Positions 1 to 13,375 of a DNA stretch of 63,925 nt are shown here, piece by piece (the first letter of the stretch is position 1; each line of letters begins with the position of its first letter). A model generated the notes under the pieces. It saw only the letters and a program-made list of their open reading frames with translations. It was not told where the DNA came from and did not search any database. Source of the DNA: Negaprion brevirostris (Eukaryota); NCBI GenBank assembly GCA_030324005.1, contig JARDVH010000084.1:62929735-62993659 (forward strand), read 5' to 3'. The translations under genes were made by a program, and so were the position numbers.

Positions 1-126
1 TGGGGATATTAAGGCCTCACAAATCCCAAAACCGTAAAATCCCACTTGAAGTCAACGGACCTCCCCATTGTCTGCCCCTTGCCTGCTATGATTCTTGTAG
101 TGGGCAGGGTGGTAAAATTCTGGCCA
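1..126. mobile_element. About 125-bp MITE family A (copies also at about 35848-35972, 47861-47991 and 57753-57880; partial at 12880)
   Basis: Shared sequence gggattttac..aaaccgtaaaatccc..ggtcaatggacct..gtaaaattcyggcca. Confidence 0.75.
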
Positions 127-1565
127 TGGTCTTTGTTGTTTGTGTGGACAGTTACCTCATGTTTTGCCGTTGCGAGAGGGCACAGGATACTTGTCAATTC
201 CTATCAGCCCATTCCATATTTTACGGAACACAGTCAGTCTATCCTTCTCCATCCTTGCTGAAGTGATTCCCATTCCAAATCTCTGATCAAAGATGTGAAA
301 CTGGTGAATTTTTCATACTGTTTCATGCAGAATCGTGCAGTATATCTTTGGATCACTTAGCCTTACTTATATCTTTCGTAACACGCAGTTTGAATTGGAC
401 AGACAAATGTCTGGCAAGCTCTAACTCGTAAGATTTGTGTTACTATACCAAAGATTCCTCCTCAAAAATCGAAGAACGGTTGAGGGAGGTGCCTCCCTGT
501 TTCCCTCTGGTGCCCGAGCATCTGAACTCCCCCGGCGGTTCCAAAATAGAGGCTGGACTGCTGGGATAGCTGGTCTAGGCCTTACCCACCCCACATAATG
601 CTTGCAGGATTACAGGGAAAGGGCAGGAAGAGTGGAATTAGCTGAGCTGCTCGTACAGAGAGCTGGCACAGACATGACTGCTGAATAGTCTCTTTCTGTG
701 CTTTAATCATTCTATGATTGATTGATTCAACATTGGGATTGGGAAGAGAAGTGGGCAAGGTGTGAATTTCAGCCATGGACCTCAGGAACTGGAAGGGAAA
801 TCATGCTCCAGTGAAAGTGTCTAAGCACTAAGTGAATCATTCATTGAGAGGAGGATAAAGAGAAGATGAAAAAATTTGCACGGAAGTAATGGCAGCAAAC
901 AAGGAGGGACTTATATAAGGAAGAGAAAAAGGCCAGCGTAAAAACTAAAAGAAAATCAAATATAGTAATAAATGCTGTTGCATAAGTCTATTTTAGACTC
1001 TATAGGTTCATTTTAGCTGAGTTACTGGTTGTAAGAGAGAAAGATTTGGAGTGGAATTTTCTCAAAGAAATTCTGGCTGTAAAATGAGAGAAAATGGGTG
1101 GTTTTCTCTCCTTTTCGATAGCGAGCTAAATAATGGTAATCTACAGCACTCTGTGCAGCACAATGTGAATCTTGCCAGTAGGGATGGAGTCTCAGCTCAC
1201 CTGTGAGCCTGGCTGCTGAACTTTAGGGGTACTGCTGCGCAGGCACCCCCATTTCCTCGTACATCTTCCCTAAATTTTTCACTTCTGTAACCAGGGAATA
1301 CAAGACCTACTGCAGAAGCCCTACTGTTTTTCTAATGGAGATTGGCTAGCTCGACACGGAATGGAAGAGTTATTGGAGGATGTCTTACTACTGTCTAATT
1401 GTTACTTCTGTTAAGAGTTATAGTAGATTAGCAGGCAGTGCTTTCACTTGCCATCCTATTGGGGCCCCGTTTACCAACTCTCTGATAATCCATTTGAAAT
1501 TGACAAATCAACACCTGATAGGGACAAAATCAACACAAACTCCTCTGTGATGCATCACTGATCAA

Positions 1566-1841
1566 TTTTAAAGTTAATTTATTAGTCACAAGTAAGGCTT
1601 ACATTAACACTGTAATGAGGTTATTGTGAAAAGTCGCTAGTCACCACACTCCAGCGTCGGTTCAATGCACCTAACCAGCACGTCTTTCAGACTGTGGGAG
1701 GAAACCGGAGCACCAGAGGAAACCCACGCAAACATAGGGGGAATGTGCAGACTCCGCACTGACAATGATGCAAGCCGGGAATCAAACACAGGTCCCTGGC
1801 GCTGAGAGGCAGCAGTGCAAACTATTATGCCACTGTGCTGC
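1566..1841 (-). mobile_element. tRNA-derived HE1/V-SINE-type SINE (tail type A)
   Basis: tRNA-like head and V-like core gtttcctctggtgctccggtttcctcccacagtc. Confidence 0.85.
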
Positions 1842-4143
1842 ACATGCTACCTACACTGACAATTTATGTCAACAATGGTTACTATTGGCATTCAAAGACC
1901 ATCTTTAACAGAGCAACAGATCCTATGGTGCTTCACATTGTCCCAACTATTTGCTTTACCCCCAACATCAAAGNNNNNNNNNNNNNNNNNNNNNNNNNNN
2001 NNNNNNNNNNNNNNNNNNNNNNNNNNNNNNNNNNNNNNNNNNNNNNNNNNNNNNNNNNNNNNNNNNNNNNNNNCATCCTTATGGTCTTAGTTCCATCAGT
2101 GAGAGGAAGATAATGATGGCCATTATATCGAATCATACGACTGTCAGGACAGGTCATGTTTCCCTGTAGCCTGATTATATTCCATATTTCATTCCTCATT
2201 GTATACGTGACTTGTGAACATGTCCTACAGGTCTAAAGTTTGATGTTTGTCTCTGAGGTAATGAGGCGAAGGGATGTGCTGTTTTGAAATCCAGTCTGTG
2301 TTGAGCTAGCTAAACGGGTTGAGTATTATCAATGGCACACGTGACCTCCTGATTACTCAGCAGCACCTCACCATGGGGAGGGTGTGTGTACAGTACTGAA
2401 TGACAATAGCATTGGGTTTGGCTGTACTGTTATATCTTCCACAGTCAGGTACTGAGTGAAGGATCATTGGTAAGGTTTACCCATAGCCACTTAGTCATAG
2501 TGCCATAAGGTGGTGCTGCTCATGGAAACCTATTAAAAACCTTCAGGAGAGAAGGGAACAATGCAGAAATGTTTGACAGTCATTTTTTGGAAATAAAATA
2601 ATTTACGTATGTGTGACCTACTCTTTCTGCACGCGGGCTGCTTTTAAGTAATTTGTCATTAGGAGGTGCGGTGAGATGTAGTGTTTGCACAATGTGTCCC
2701 TGACCTCAACTTGGAAGTTATTAAATGAATCAGAGGAAGATGTGGCCCTGTACAACAAATTAGATATTGTTATTGACGGGGAGCTGAGAATAAATTCCTG
2801 ATGTGCTCTCAGCCAAACTGAGACAACAATGAGATGTTAGTGAGGTGGAGCCCTACTATGTGGTGTTAGCACATACATGTGTTGACGTGAAGGCATTCAC
2901 CTGCTTATTTCAAATCTGATTTCATCCCATAAGATCTGCTGCAGTGTATTGCACTTCACCCTCAATCTTTTCATCGCTACCATTCAGAGGAAGGAGAAAG
3001 GACTCCTTTTGGCTGTGAGAACAACAGCAGCATAGTTAATATTCAGTGACGCAGTGCAAGAGAATCGTGGTGAGGTTTTATGATCTTTTAGGTTTAGCCT
3101 CACACATTGCTTGCCTCGGTAGTTTCGCTTCTGTAATGTCTTGGAATCAAACAACAAGAAGACCACTTGACCTATTGCATAGCTTGGGCTGGCTCTTTTA
3201 AAAGAGTTATCCAATCGATCCCACTCTCTCATCATTCTTTTGAAATCATCCTGCAAGCATTTGCTTTCAAGTTATTTGAAAGTTCCTATTGAATCTGCTT
3301 ATGCCACGCTTTCAAACTGTACATTCCAGTCTTTTGGAAGTTTTCACACTGAACAGGATATTACAGAATGGACAGGATATTAATTCCAGCCATTCCAAGT
3401 TGACCTAGATTCAATGGAACACAGAGGACCGATTGGTCATTTGCATTGTTAAAGACAGGCCTTTATTCAGCGAAAGGCCTGGGCTGTAGGAGGTGATGGA
3501 TGTACTGGGGGAGGGACAAGGGCTGTTAGCGTACAAATTCTCATCAGTTTTCATTCTCTAAAGTTCTCTCCAGCCACATTGATTGCAGCTAATGACCTTA
3601 CAAGATGCGAATGTTTAAGGGAGTAATGATGATTTGTCGCACTGTCAACTCACACTGACACTGTAGGACATAAAAGCAGTGACTCTCATTGTAGTTTGTG
3701 ACCGAACAACTCAGCAGTGATTTTTCACTGTGGAGTTGAAGCATGAAATAGTTTTGTTAGATCTGTGACTTGCTGGAGTCTCACTGAAATCACAAGAAGT
3801 GAACTCAGACTTAAAAATGGCTAAAGAAAAGTCAGTATGCTTCTTTGTGTTCTAAAGCTAAACGTTCCTCGAAACAATACTCCCTCATTATCTTAAAACA
3901 GCAAAGCTTTTTTCTGTAACTGACAAGCCTCAATAAACTCCCCTGCATCTCCAAACTTTATCTAAAATGTTTAATAGCTGTAATTTCTGGAACGAGAGCA
4001 GGGCCTCCTTGACAAGTTTATTTAAAACAATACTGAACGGTTTTGTAACTAGGCAACATTTTGCGACTTATTAACTCTTTGTGAGCTGAATTGCTTCTGC
4101 AGTTTTCAAACTGTGGTGTTAATGAGCGGGGTATTCTATAGGT

Positions 4144-4506
4144 CAGGGGTCTCCGAACTAGAGCCGTATCTGGCCCGCAGCAACTTGAAAAATTTCAGTA
4201 AATAAAATGAATTAAAAAATGAACAGTCTGCTTTTCTCATCTGCAGTTAAGTGATTGATTATTTTGTCAGAGCATTTGCTAATGTTTGACGTTTTTACTC
4301 ATTTACTCAGTGTAAGCATGGCATTGTTTCTTTGTAATTGTCATATTTCTCTTTTGTTCTGAATCATATCATCTGATTACAAAAATGATCCAAATAAAAC
4401 TTCTTCATTCAATTAAATTTCATTCATTCATTTATAAAACTTTTTTTCCTTTGGCCCGCGAAAATGTGTAAAATATAGGATGTGGCCCTCGTACTGAAAA
4501 GTTAGG
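4144..4506. mobile_element. hAT/Charlie-like non-autonomous element
   Basis: CAGGGGTCTCCGAACT terminus, subterminal ggcccgc motifs at both ends, and a gtggccctc..aaaagtt right end that appears truncated. Confidence 0.65.
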
Positions 4507-4952
4507 TTGTTCCATGAGCTGCTTTTGTTTGGTTAAGACTGGTCTGAACCCTTTTTTTGAAGAAAGAAATGGAACTGAAAGAGTCAATGCTTCAGGTAGA
4601 GCCCTGGCCCCTCTCCAGGGTTTTCAGTTGCTATGTAGATAAGGATGAATCAATTGTATCAGATTGCAATTGACATTTCAAAGTTGGCATGGGGTTCAAT
4701 TTCCCTCCCTCGCATTCATAGGTGATGAATTCTAAATCCTAAGTAATTATAGTGTGCAAAGAAATTTCTTCCTGTTGGTGTTGGGTAAGTCCATGTCTGG
4801 GTTCAAGCTGATCGTGCAAGAAAGCTGATACCTATGTGTCAGTGGCCTATTAGACCGCAGAGCACTTTGAATCTAAGCCCAAGTTCTGTTCTCACACTCA
4901 CAATTCCAGCTGGAAATAATGGATAGAGGATAGTGAGCAGGAGCATTAGAGT

Positions 4953-5107
4953 TATTGGATAGCAATCTAGAGCAAGAACACTGGTGTTACTGGATAGCAA
5001 TCCAGAGTAGAAACACTAGTATTACTTGACAGCAATCCAGAATGGGAAAACTGGAGTTACTGGATAGTGATCCAGACCACGAGCACTGCTGACACTGGAT
5101 AGTGATC
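4953..5107. repeat. Diverged 35-bp minisatellite (about 4.5 copies)
   Basis: Units start at 4953, 4988, 5023, 5058 and 5093; core tactggatagcaatccag. Confidence 0.85.
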
Positions 5108-6574
5108 GCTGACTGATTATTTTCATTTCCTTTCCTAACATGGGAAATTGGAGTTTCTCATGCTGGAAAGGCTAAAATTGGTATAGTCCAGCATGGTATC
5201 AGAGGATGAACCATGGTTCAGCTACTCACTAGGTAGCTGGGGAGTTATTGGAGGATCCCTCACTACCGTCTAGTTATTACTTCTGTTAAGAGTTACAGCA
5301 GATTGGCCAGGAGTGCTTTCACTTTGGGGTGGCAAAGTGATGTGGCCCAGTTTACCAACCCGCTGATCATCCATCTGAGATTGACAAATCAACATTTGCT
5401 GAGGACTAAATCAACTCCAATTCCTCAGCGATGGATCCGTGATCGCTGTCACCAACAACTACTGCTGGCATTTATATAGCACCTTTAACATAGTAAAATA
5501 TCCCATATAAATAAATAACATAAGATGATATGGGANNNNNNNNNNNNNNNNNNNNNNNNNNNNNNNNNNNNNNNNNNNNNNNNNNNNNNNNNNNNNNNNN
5601 NNNNNNNNNNNNNNNNNNNNNNNNNNNNNNNNNNGGGGGGGGGGGTTGTGGATGTACTTGCTCACCTGGCAGGGTCAACATTTGACACACCGTGGATCAT
5701 AGCTTGAGTTCCATGTCAGGATTGCTCCCAATAAAAATTAATTGAGACAATAATGTGTGAAATGTAAATACACATGGAATGAAATCTTAAAAACCCAAGT
5801 TCTGGATTAAAATAACCTTGGATTTGGTCTTTGAGCTCACGGCTTAGAATTTTATACACTGCCCGCTCAGAAACTAGGAGGATGGCAAATCTGGATGTGC
5901 TTGTCCCAGCTGCTTGTGGATTCCCATGTTTGAGAAAGTTTTGGTGTATATGTTTTGTATAGTGTTACTCCCACAGTTTGTTCCAGACTTGTTATCTACC
6001 AGATATAGAAATCCATCGTTATAAGGTCACAAGATCGTAAAATAAAAAAGACTTCATAGCAACCATTACCGCTACCCTCTAGCAGAATTTATTTATTTTA
6101 AAATAATTCGAGTGCTTTTGTCTCCTGAGGTTTATTCCATCCATTGACCAAATGCAAATGAATCAGCTGATATCTAATTTTATTTCTTTATTACTTCGAA
6201 CTCGTGTCAACATGGATACTCTTTATGCAGCAGATTATTATAACCTGGATTGGACCGCCAGAAAGACTGATTCAATAATAACTTTCAGATAGAAATCAAC
6301 AATTGAGCAGGGAAGTGGGACAATTTTTGATAGCATAGGCATGAAGGGCCAAATGGCCATCTTCTATGCTGTGATATTCTATAAGTCAATGTCGCGGGGT
6401 TTACTACAATTCATTCGAGTTGTCACTTTCTCAAAGAAATCGAGGGAATTGGTTAGCTTAGACTTCCTTTCTGAATCCATGCTGGTTGCTGTTCCCTAGA
6501 TTGCTGTAACATACAGAATTCTCGAGTTTATTCGTGATGAAAAGTTCTATTAATTTGAAACAATGTAGCTGTCT

Positions 6575-7080
6575 GCCCTGACTGAGTTGATAGAACTCTT
6601 GCCTATGGTCAGATGGTTATGGGCTCAGGGCCCACTCTGGAGACTTGTGCACAAATCCTAGGCTGATACTCCAGTCCCAGCATTGCTGGAGGTGTTCTAT
6701 CTTGAGGGGACATCAAGCAGATGTCGTGCCTGCCCTCTCATGGAGGTACAGGATTCAAACTTGTAGCCTCGTTAATGAGCATTTATGATGTATACATTAT
6801 AATGCCAACATTCACCAGTGGCAAAGGTTACCTGCTATGCAAGTGCTGAGGGGAAGATTACACATTGTTTTCCCGCTGACAGATTTTTGACTTTTCACCT
6901 CGTTCTGCTCCTGCCCTCCACAATTCGCACTGCTAGTGTGACTGGAAAATTTCCACCCAAATATACTGCCATGATTTCTACACTGCAACAGTGACCATAC
7001 TTCAAAAGCACGTCACTGGTTGTGAAGTGCTTTGGGACATCCTGAAATCACGAAAAATACTACATAAATGCAAGCCCTCC
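6575..7080 (+). mobile_element. DeuSINE/SacSINE1-like element, interrupted
   Basis: cccactctggagacttg..ctaggctgatactccagt head/core and tgggacatcctga..ataaatgcaag tail. Confidence 0.6.
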
Positions 7081-8239
7081 TTTGTTATCAGTTGACCATG
7101 CCTCGGAAGCTATGGTACAGTCAATCCCTCTAATGTTGCCTGAACGTTTATCTGAACGAGAAGGTCTGGTTTAGTCTACTTTCATTACTGTCAGTTTCTC
7201 AGTTGGAAAAGATGGTCTTCAATTTTCCGCGATGGTGCTGATCCTGCTGGAATTATGTCTGGGCGGGGCCTCTCCTTCCTTATCTCAATGCATCACCACC
7301 CTGGCCAACCACAGACTTATCTGCATGAATGAGATTGGTGACCACCAGTGATAATTTCATGCAATTAGGCCATTGAAGATGGTACACTGTGAAATGGCCA
7401 GTGACGCTAGTTATAGGGAACAAAATGCATGTTGTCTGTACTTACTCTGAAATGCCAGTTTTGGGTGGGAGACTCTTTAAATTTCAAATCCGTTCTGCAC
7501 TGCCTCAGCATTGCTCGATGCTCAGAATGCTGTTTGGTGTTGCTAAGATGATAATGATGAGAAATACATTGGATGATGTATTCCAGGCACTGACTTTTAT
7601 TTTCATTGCTCCCACCCGAATATGTGCAGATGAACTTAGCATCCACCAGCGCTTCTGGAGAAAAGTTCTGGAACCCTCTCCCTTGGAAGGTTCGTCGATT
7701 GGAAATTATAAGACTGGGTTTGATAAAGTTTTGTAAAGGGACCAAAGGATCTGAATCAAAGACAGGTAAATGGGGCAGAAGCTCAGATCACCCAGGCATG
7801 AAAGAATGGTGGAACAACTTCGAGGGGCTGAATGGCCACCTCCTGTTCCTTTGTCCCCTGTTCCTGTAGTTCAAATGAGGTTAAAAATCCCTCTGCACAA
7901 TTTGGAGAAGAGTGGCTTGGTCAACAATCTTCCCTTCATCAACAGCTTCAAAGATTAATGAGCTGCTCAGTGTTTTTGGAGTCACTTTGATGACTCCAAA
8001 ATGAGTGCTGTTGCTTTTTTACCCATATTGTAATAATCACTCAGCTTTTCATAATATTTTAGATAATCTACTTCAGGTATTGCGGAGAGACATAAGGCAA
8101 TGCGTCTTTCATCTTTTAATGACTAGCTACAAACCAATTGCCATATTGTGTAACATGGGACTTTTTAAATGAAAAAGAGAGTAATCTGAAAGAAAACTTT
8201 TTCAAAAAAGCTACATGATAAGTTTTATTCACAGCTTAG

Positions 8240-10050
8240 GAACATAGAAGTAGGGGCCAGAGTAGCCCATCAAGCCTACTCTGCCATTTGATAAGCCAAT
8301 GGCTGAACTTCTTCATCAACTTCATGTTCTTGGCTAATCCCTAGATTCCAAATTTTGTCCAAACATCTTTTGGTCTAAGTTTTGAATATATTCCTTGATT
8401 GTGCATCCAAAGCATGCTGGTGCAGAGAATTTTAAAAATTATAATCCTTCGAGTGAAGAAATTTCTCTGCATCTCAGTTTACTTTGTTGACTAGTCTGAG
8501 ACTATACCCATCGTTCTAGACTCGCCAGTCAGGGGAAACAACCTTTCAGCATCTTCAAACCCTCTAAGAGTTTTGTGTTTTTTAATGAGGTCACTTTTCC
8601 TTCTTCCAAACCCCATTCTCCTCAACCCTATCTATCTCAGGAATCAGTGAACTGTCATTGCACTCTAAGGCAAGTATATCCTTCTTCAGAGTACTCCAGG
8701 AATGGTCTGACCAAAGCCCTACAAAATTGTGACAAGACTTCCTTACTCTTTTCCTCTGAACCTCTTGCAATAGAGGCTAACATACCAAATGCTTTCTTAA
8801 TTTCTTGCTATGCTTGCATGTTAACTTTCTGTGATCCATGTACATGGACACCAAATCCTCCTGAGCACTTACTAAGCTTTCACTTTTAAAAAACAATTGT
8901 GCCTAAAAAGGGACCAATTGCAAACTTCACCACATTGTACTCCATCTTCCATCTTCCTGTCCAACCACTTAAATTAATATGTTTTATTGCTTATTTATGT
9001 CTTCCTCACTGCTTACTTTCCTATTTAGCTTTACAATGACAACAAACCTGGATCTATAATATGCTGTCCCCTCTTCTAAGTCACTAATAGAATGTAAATA
9101 GCTGAGCTCAAGCACTTATCCTTGATGCCACTCCATTCAGGTCACTCTTCTATGTTGAAATGATCATTTATTCCTATTCTCTGTTTTCTGTTCAGTAAAC
9201 ATTGAGAAGCTGTGAGCCTTGTACCATGGGACGCAGTCTCAGGATAAGAGGCACACCATTTAAAGCTGAGAAAAAGAGGAATTTCTTCCCTCAGACAATT
9301 GTGAATCTTTGGTATTCTACATCCAAATATCAGGCTTGAGGGCTGTGGAAGATTAATCATTGAAAATGTTAAACAGACTTCAATAGATTTCTGGACAATA
9401 ATGACATTAAGGGGTATGGAGATAATGTGTGGAGGTGACATTGAAGTGGATGATCAGCTATGATCTGATTGAGTACTGGAGCAGGATTGGTGGGCCGAAT
9501 AGCCTACTCTTGCTCCTATTTTTCTAACCCCATGATACATGATCTTGTGACAGCTTCTGAATATGCAAATATACCATATCCAGTATTTTCCCTTGCTCAC
9601 CTTGCCAGTTACATCCTCAAAAGATTTTATCAAACATTATTCTCCTTTCATACAACTTGATTGACTTTGCTTATACGATATTATGATTATCCAAGTGTTG
9701 TGTTACTATGTTTTTAAGATTCTCACATTCTCCCTGTTACTGATGTCAGGCTAACTGGCCTTTTGTTCTGTGTTTCCCCTCTCCCTCCTTTCTTGAATTT
9801 CAGGATTGCAGTTACTATCTTCCAATCTGTGAGGATTGTTTCAAAATACAAGGAATTCTGGAAGATCAAAACTAATGCACCATAACTGCCTCTTTTAAAA
9901 CCCTAGGATGTAGGTCACCAGGTCCATGGGATTAGTAGGCTTTATTTGTCCTGGTGTCTTTTGTTTACTAATATTAATTACTTTAAGTTCCCCATCCTCA
10001 TTCCAGCCTGTTCCCCTCAATTTACGATATGTTTGTTGTGTCTTCTACTG
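8240..10050 (-). mobile_element. CR1 LINE 3' portion with an oppositely oriented CR1 3' fragment (about 9190-9530) inserted
   Basis: Typical CR1 3' end (aacatagaa...ccatttgataag..atggctga) and antisense RT C-terminal remnants. Confidence 0.75.
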
Positions 10051-10504
10051 GCTAAAGAAACCAGGTATTCTACATCCAAATATCAGGCTTGAGGGATGGT
10101 GAAACCTAAATCAGGGTATTAGAAAAGGAAGGATTTTCAGGTGGGAAACTCAAATGTTACATCAAAATCTGACAGCCATTCAGTACATTAGGAGTTGGGA
10201 TATCAATGGTCTTTGAACATGGAAGGAGAAATGTTGGTGTGGTCAGCACATGGCAAAAGATTTCAAGCGTCAGTGTGACTGGAAAAGCACTGAGGCACAC
10301 ACATCTGAGCGGGACTGATCCATGCACTGACAGGGGAAAGAGTTACACAGTTATCAGTTGCACAGCCTGAAAAACCTGCTCATCTGTTTTGAGTGAGGAA
10401 GGATACACAATCGCTTACTCTGTTAATGACCAGCAAGCTCATAACTGACTGCAGGGATTCAGTTCTGCTATTAATACCATCCAGTATTGAGCTGTGCTTA
10501 TTTT

Positions 10505-11178
10505 ATAGCGGTGGCTCAGTATCATTTTCCTTCTGAGTCACAAGCTGTGGGTTCATGTCTTTCTCCAGGACTTATGAGTACAGGAGTCTAGGTTGATGAC
10601 TGCATACGGGATTAGCATGCCTTTAATAGTGGATATTGTCAGTGCAGACTCGATGGGCCGAAGAACCTTTTCTGCACTCTATAATGCTCCAGTAGATGGT
10701 GCTGCATTATCTTTTGATTTTCATTTATTTATTTGTGGGACAAGGGTGCCAGCATTTATTGCCCATCCCTGGTCGCCCTTGAATTGAATGGTTTGCTAAG
10801 CCATTTCAGAGGACATTTAAGAGTGAACCACGTTGCTGTGGCTCTGGATTCTCATGTGGGCCAGAGCAGGCAAGAATGGCAGATTTCTCTTCACTACAGG
10901 ACATTAGTGAACCAGATGGGACATTAAAATGAGGTCAAGTGTACCCAGTCAGAGTGATATAAAAAAATCCTATGGCACTATTTTGAAGAACAGCAGGGAA
11001 GTTATCCCTTGTCCTGGCCAACACTTATCCTTCAATCAACATCACAGAAACAGGTTATCTGATCATTATCACAGAGCTTGCTTTGCACAAATTGACTGTC
11101 ACCTTTCTGAAACTAAAACAGTAGCGATGCTACCAGAAGTACTCTATTGGCTGTAATGTTCTTTCCAATGTCCTGAGG
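10505..11178 (+). mobile_element. DeuSINE/SacSINE1-like element with nested insertions
   Basis: aaatcctatggcactattttgaagaacagcaggga..gtcctggccaa core. Confidence 0.65.
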
Positions 11179-11430
11179 GGTATAAAATTATGAAGGGTAT
11201 AGATAGAGTGAACAGAGGTAAGCTTTTTCCTAAGTCAGAAACAAAAATCACGAGGGGCCACGGGCTTAGGGTGAGGGGGGCGAGGTATAATTCGGATGTT
11301 AGAGGGTGGTGGGGGCCTGGAATGCACTGCCAAGTAGGGTGGTGGAGGCAGGCAAGCTAGAATTGTTTAAGGCTTACTCAGGTAGGCACATGAGCAGACT
11401 AGAGATGGTGGGATACAGGAGGCTGATCTA
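11178..11430 (+). mobile_element. CR1 LINE 3' fragment
   Basis: YKIMKGIDRV...WNALP-type C-terminal ORF2 remnant. Confidence 0.75.
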
Positions 11431-11841
11431 AATAAAGATCAAGAGCCTTGGGACGTCCCTGGGAATCAATTGATCCCTATGGACCTTCCAACATATTGTA
11501 CGGCTCACTTGTCTTACTTCTGAGCTTCGTAAATGTCTGTCAAAGTTTTGCATGTTTATTGATGTCTTTTCTTTTACTTCACAGGTGATTTGGTCCGCCT
11601 TGTTGTCCAGCAAGGGGTGTACACGCGGTGGGCCGTGCGAGGGCTGCTCTTGGATGTTGCTTCGAGAGTTGCCTAGTGCTTCACATCGTTAGTGTACGCT
11701 TAAACTGGACNNNNNNNNNNNNNNNNNNNNNNNNNNNNNNNNNNNNNNNNNNNNNNNNNNNNNNNNNNNNNNNNNNNNNNNNNNNNNNNNNNNNNNNNNN
11801 NNNNNNNNNNACTATCACTGTTTGCTGTGCAGATACATGGA

Positions 11842-12092
11842 TTTGGGCCAGTGTCTGTGGGAGTTTGCACATTCTCCCTGTGATTGCGTGGGTTTTCTCC
11901 GGGTGCTCTGGTTTCCTCCCAGGCCCCAAAAACGCGCTCTTAGGCTGATTGGTGTAACAAATTATCACTAAATTAGTCTTCCCTCAATCTTCCCCAATAG
12001 GCACAGACAAAGGTCATAGGTAGAGGAGGGCACGCATAATGTTAAAATGGTGGTATGGGCTCATTGGGCCGAAGGGCCTGTTTCCTGGGCTG
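11842..12092 (+). mobile_element. HE1/V-SINE-type SINE, partial
   Basis: gagtttgcacattctccctgtgattgcgtgggttttctccgggtgctc core. Confidence 0.75.
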
Positions 12093-13375
12093 TTTTTGTT
12101 CTTTGTTTTTCGTTGTGCCTATCAAATCTTCCAGAATTGGCTTTGTTTAAATTTAGAGTTAAGATCCCACTTTGGAGTTAACCGCAGCAACCTCAAATGT
12201 AGGATGAAGTTTGATTCTGTTGTCATGACAGTATACCTTGACTGTATCATAAATTATGAAAATAGTATTTTTAAAGTTACATTTTTAAAAAGTAAGTCAA
12301 AAATGCACTCTGAGGTCAGATGACTTCCCTCGTGGATGTCAGTTGTTCTCTCTTCTCTCAGGAGGGGACAAAAGGCTGCTTTCCCTGACATGAAAGACAT
12401 TTAGAATTCAATAAATGCTTGACAAATCAACAATCTTTACTTCCTGCTAAAAATATAGAAATCTGTTCAAAGGAGGCAGAACTCCGAGACAGAACGTCAT
12501 CACGCAGGGAGAGAAAAACAAGCAGTTTTCAAACTGCTGGAATGGACCAGGCTAAACAAAAGGGCCTTATTGCAGTGACTTGAAAGAGAAATAAAGAACT
12601 TCCTCTCTCTCTGACTTCCTCATTTCAGCTTCAGGCAAACTGAAGCTGGCAGATTGCCGGCAGGTCGACTCTGGGAGCCATCACAATTGCTGCGACATCT
12701 CTGCAATTTCAAACCCCTTCATTTCAGAAAACATAACAAGGCGACTTGAAAATAACAGGCATTCATCTAAACAGAGACTGAAATCAGTTTCAGTGTTACG
12801 AGTATCACTTTTATTTTCATCTGGACCTAGTTTTGTGTGTGAGTGTGAGTGCAAAAGATTGAGTGGCGGGGGGTGGGGGTGGGATTTTATGTCCTCGCTC
12901 GACTCGAGACCAGAAAATATCTAAAGTAGCCTGTTCCCTATTTAGTTCCTTAATAAACTGTTATGGAAAACTTGCTTGAATGTCTTCCATGAACTTGTTC
13001 TCAAAGGTACTTTTGCCAACTATCTTTGCCAAGTCTATAATGAAGATTGAAGTCGCCACTATTATTACACCACCCCCTGTATGATGCTTCATTACATTTC
13101 TGATTCACATTCTGCTCAATACTATGGGCCCATAAAATCTATTTCCATCTGCACTTCCTGCCCTTTGCTATTTCTTAGCTCCCTCCATACTGATTACGCA
13201 CCCTGATTTTCTGAGATCTTTTTTCACTGCTGCCTTTATCTCGTCCTTTATTAATGTATGCCCATCACCATTACTATTTCATCTATTTGTTTGAAAAACT
13301 AAGTATTTTGGAATAATTAGTTCTTGACCTAGTCCCATGTTTCTCCCCATTTATCCCTTTTGAATCATTTACTTT

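Noticed and set aside
4953-5107. CRISPR-like repeat-spacer pattern
   Set aside because: The 'spacers' are homologous to each other and too short; this is a diverged minisatellite.
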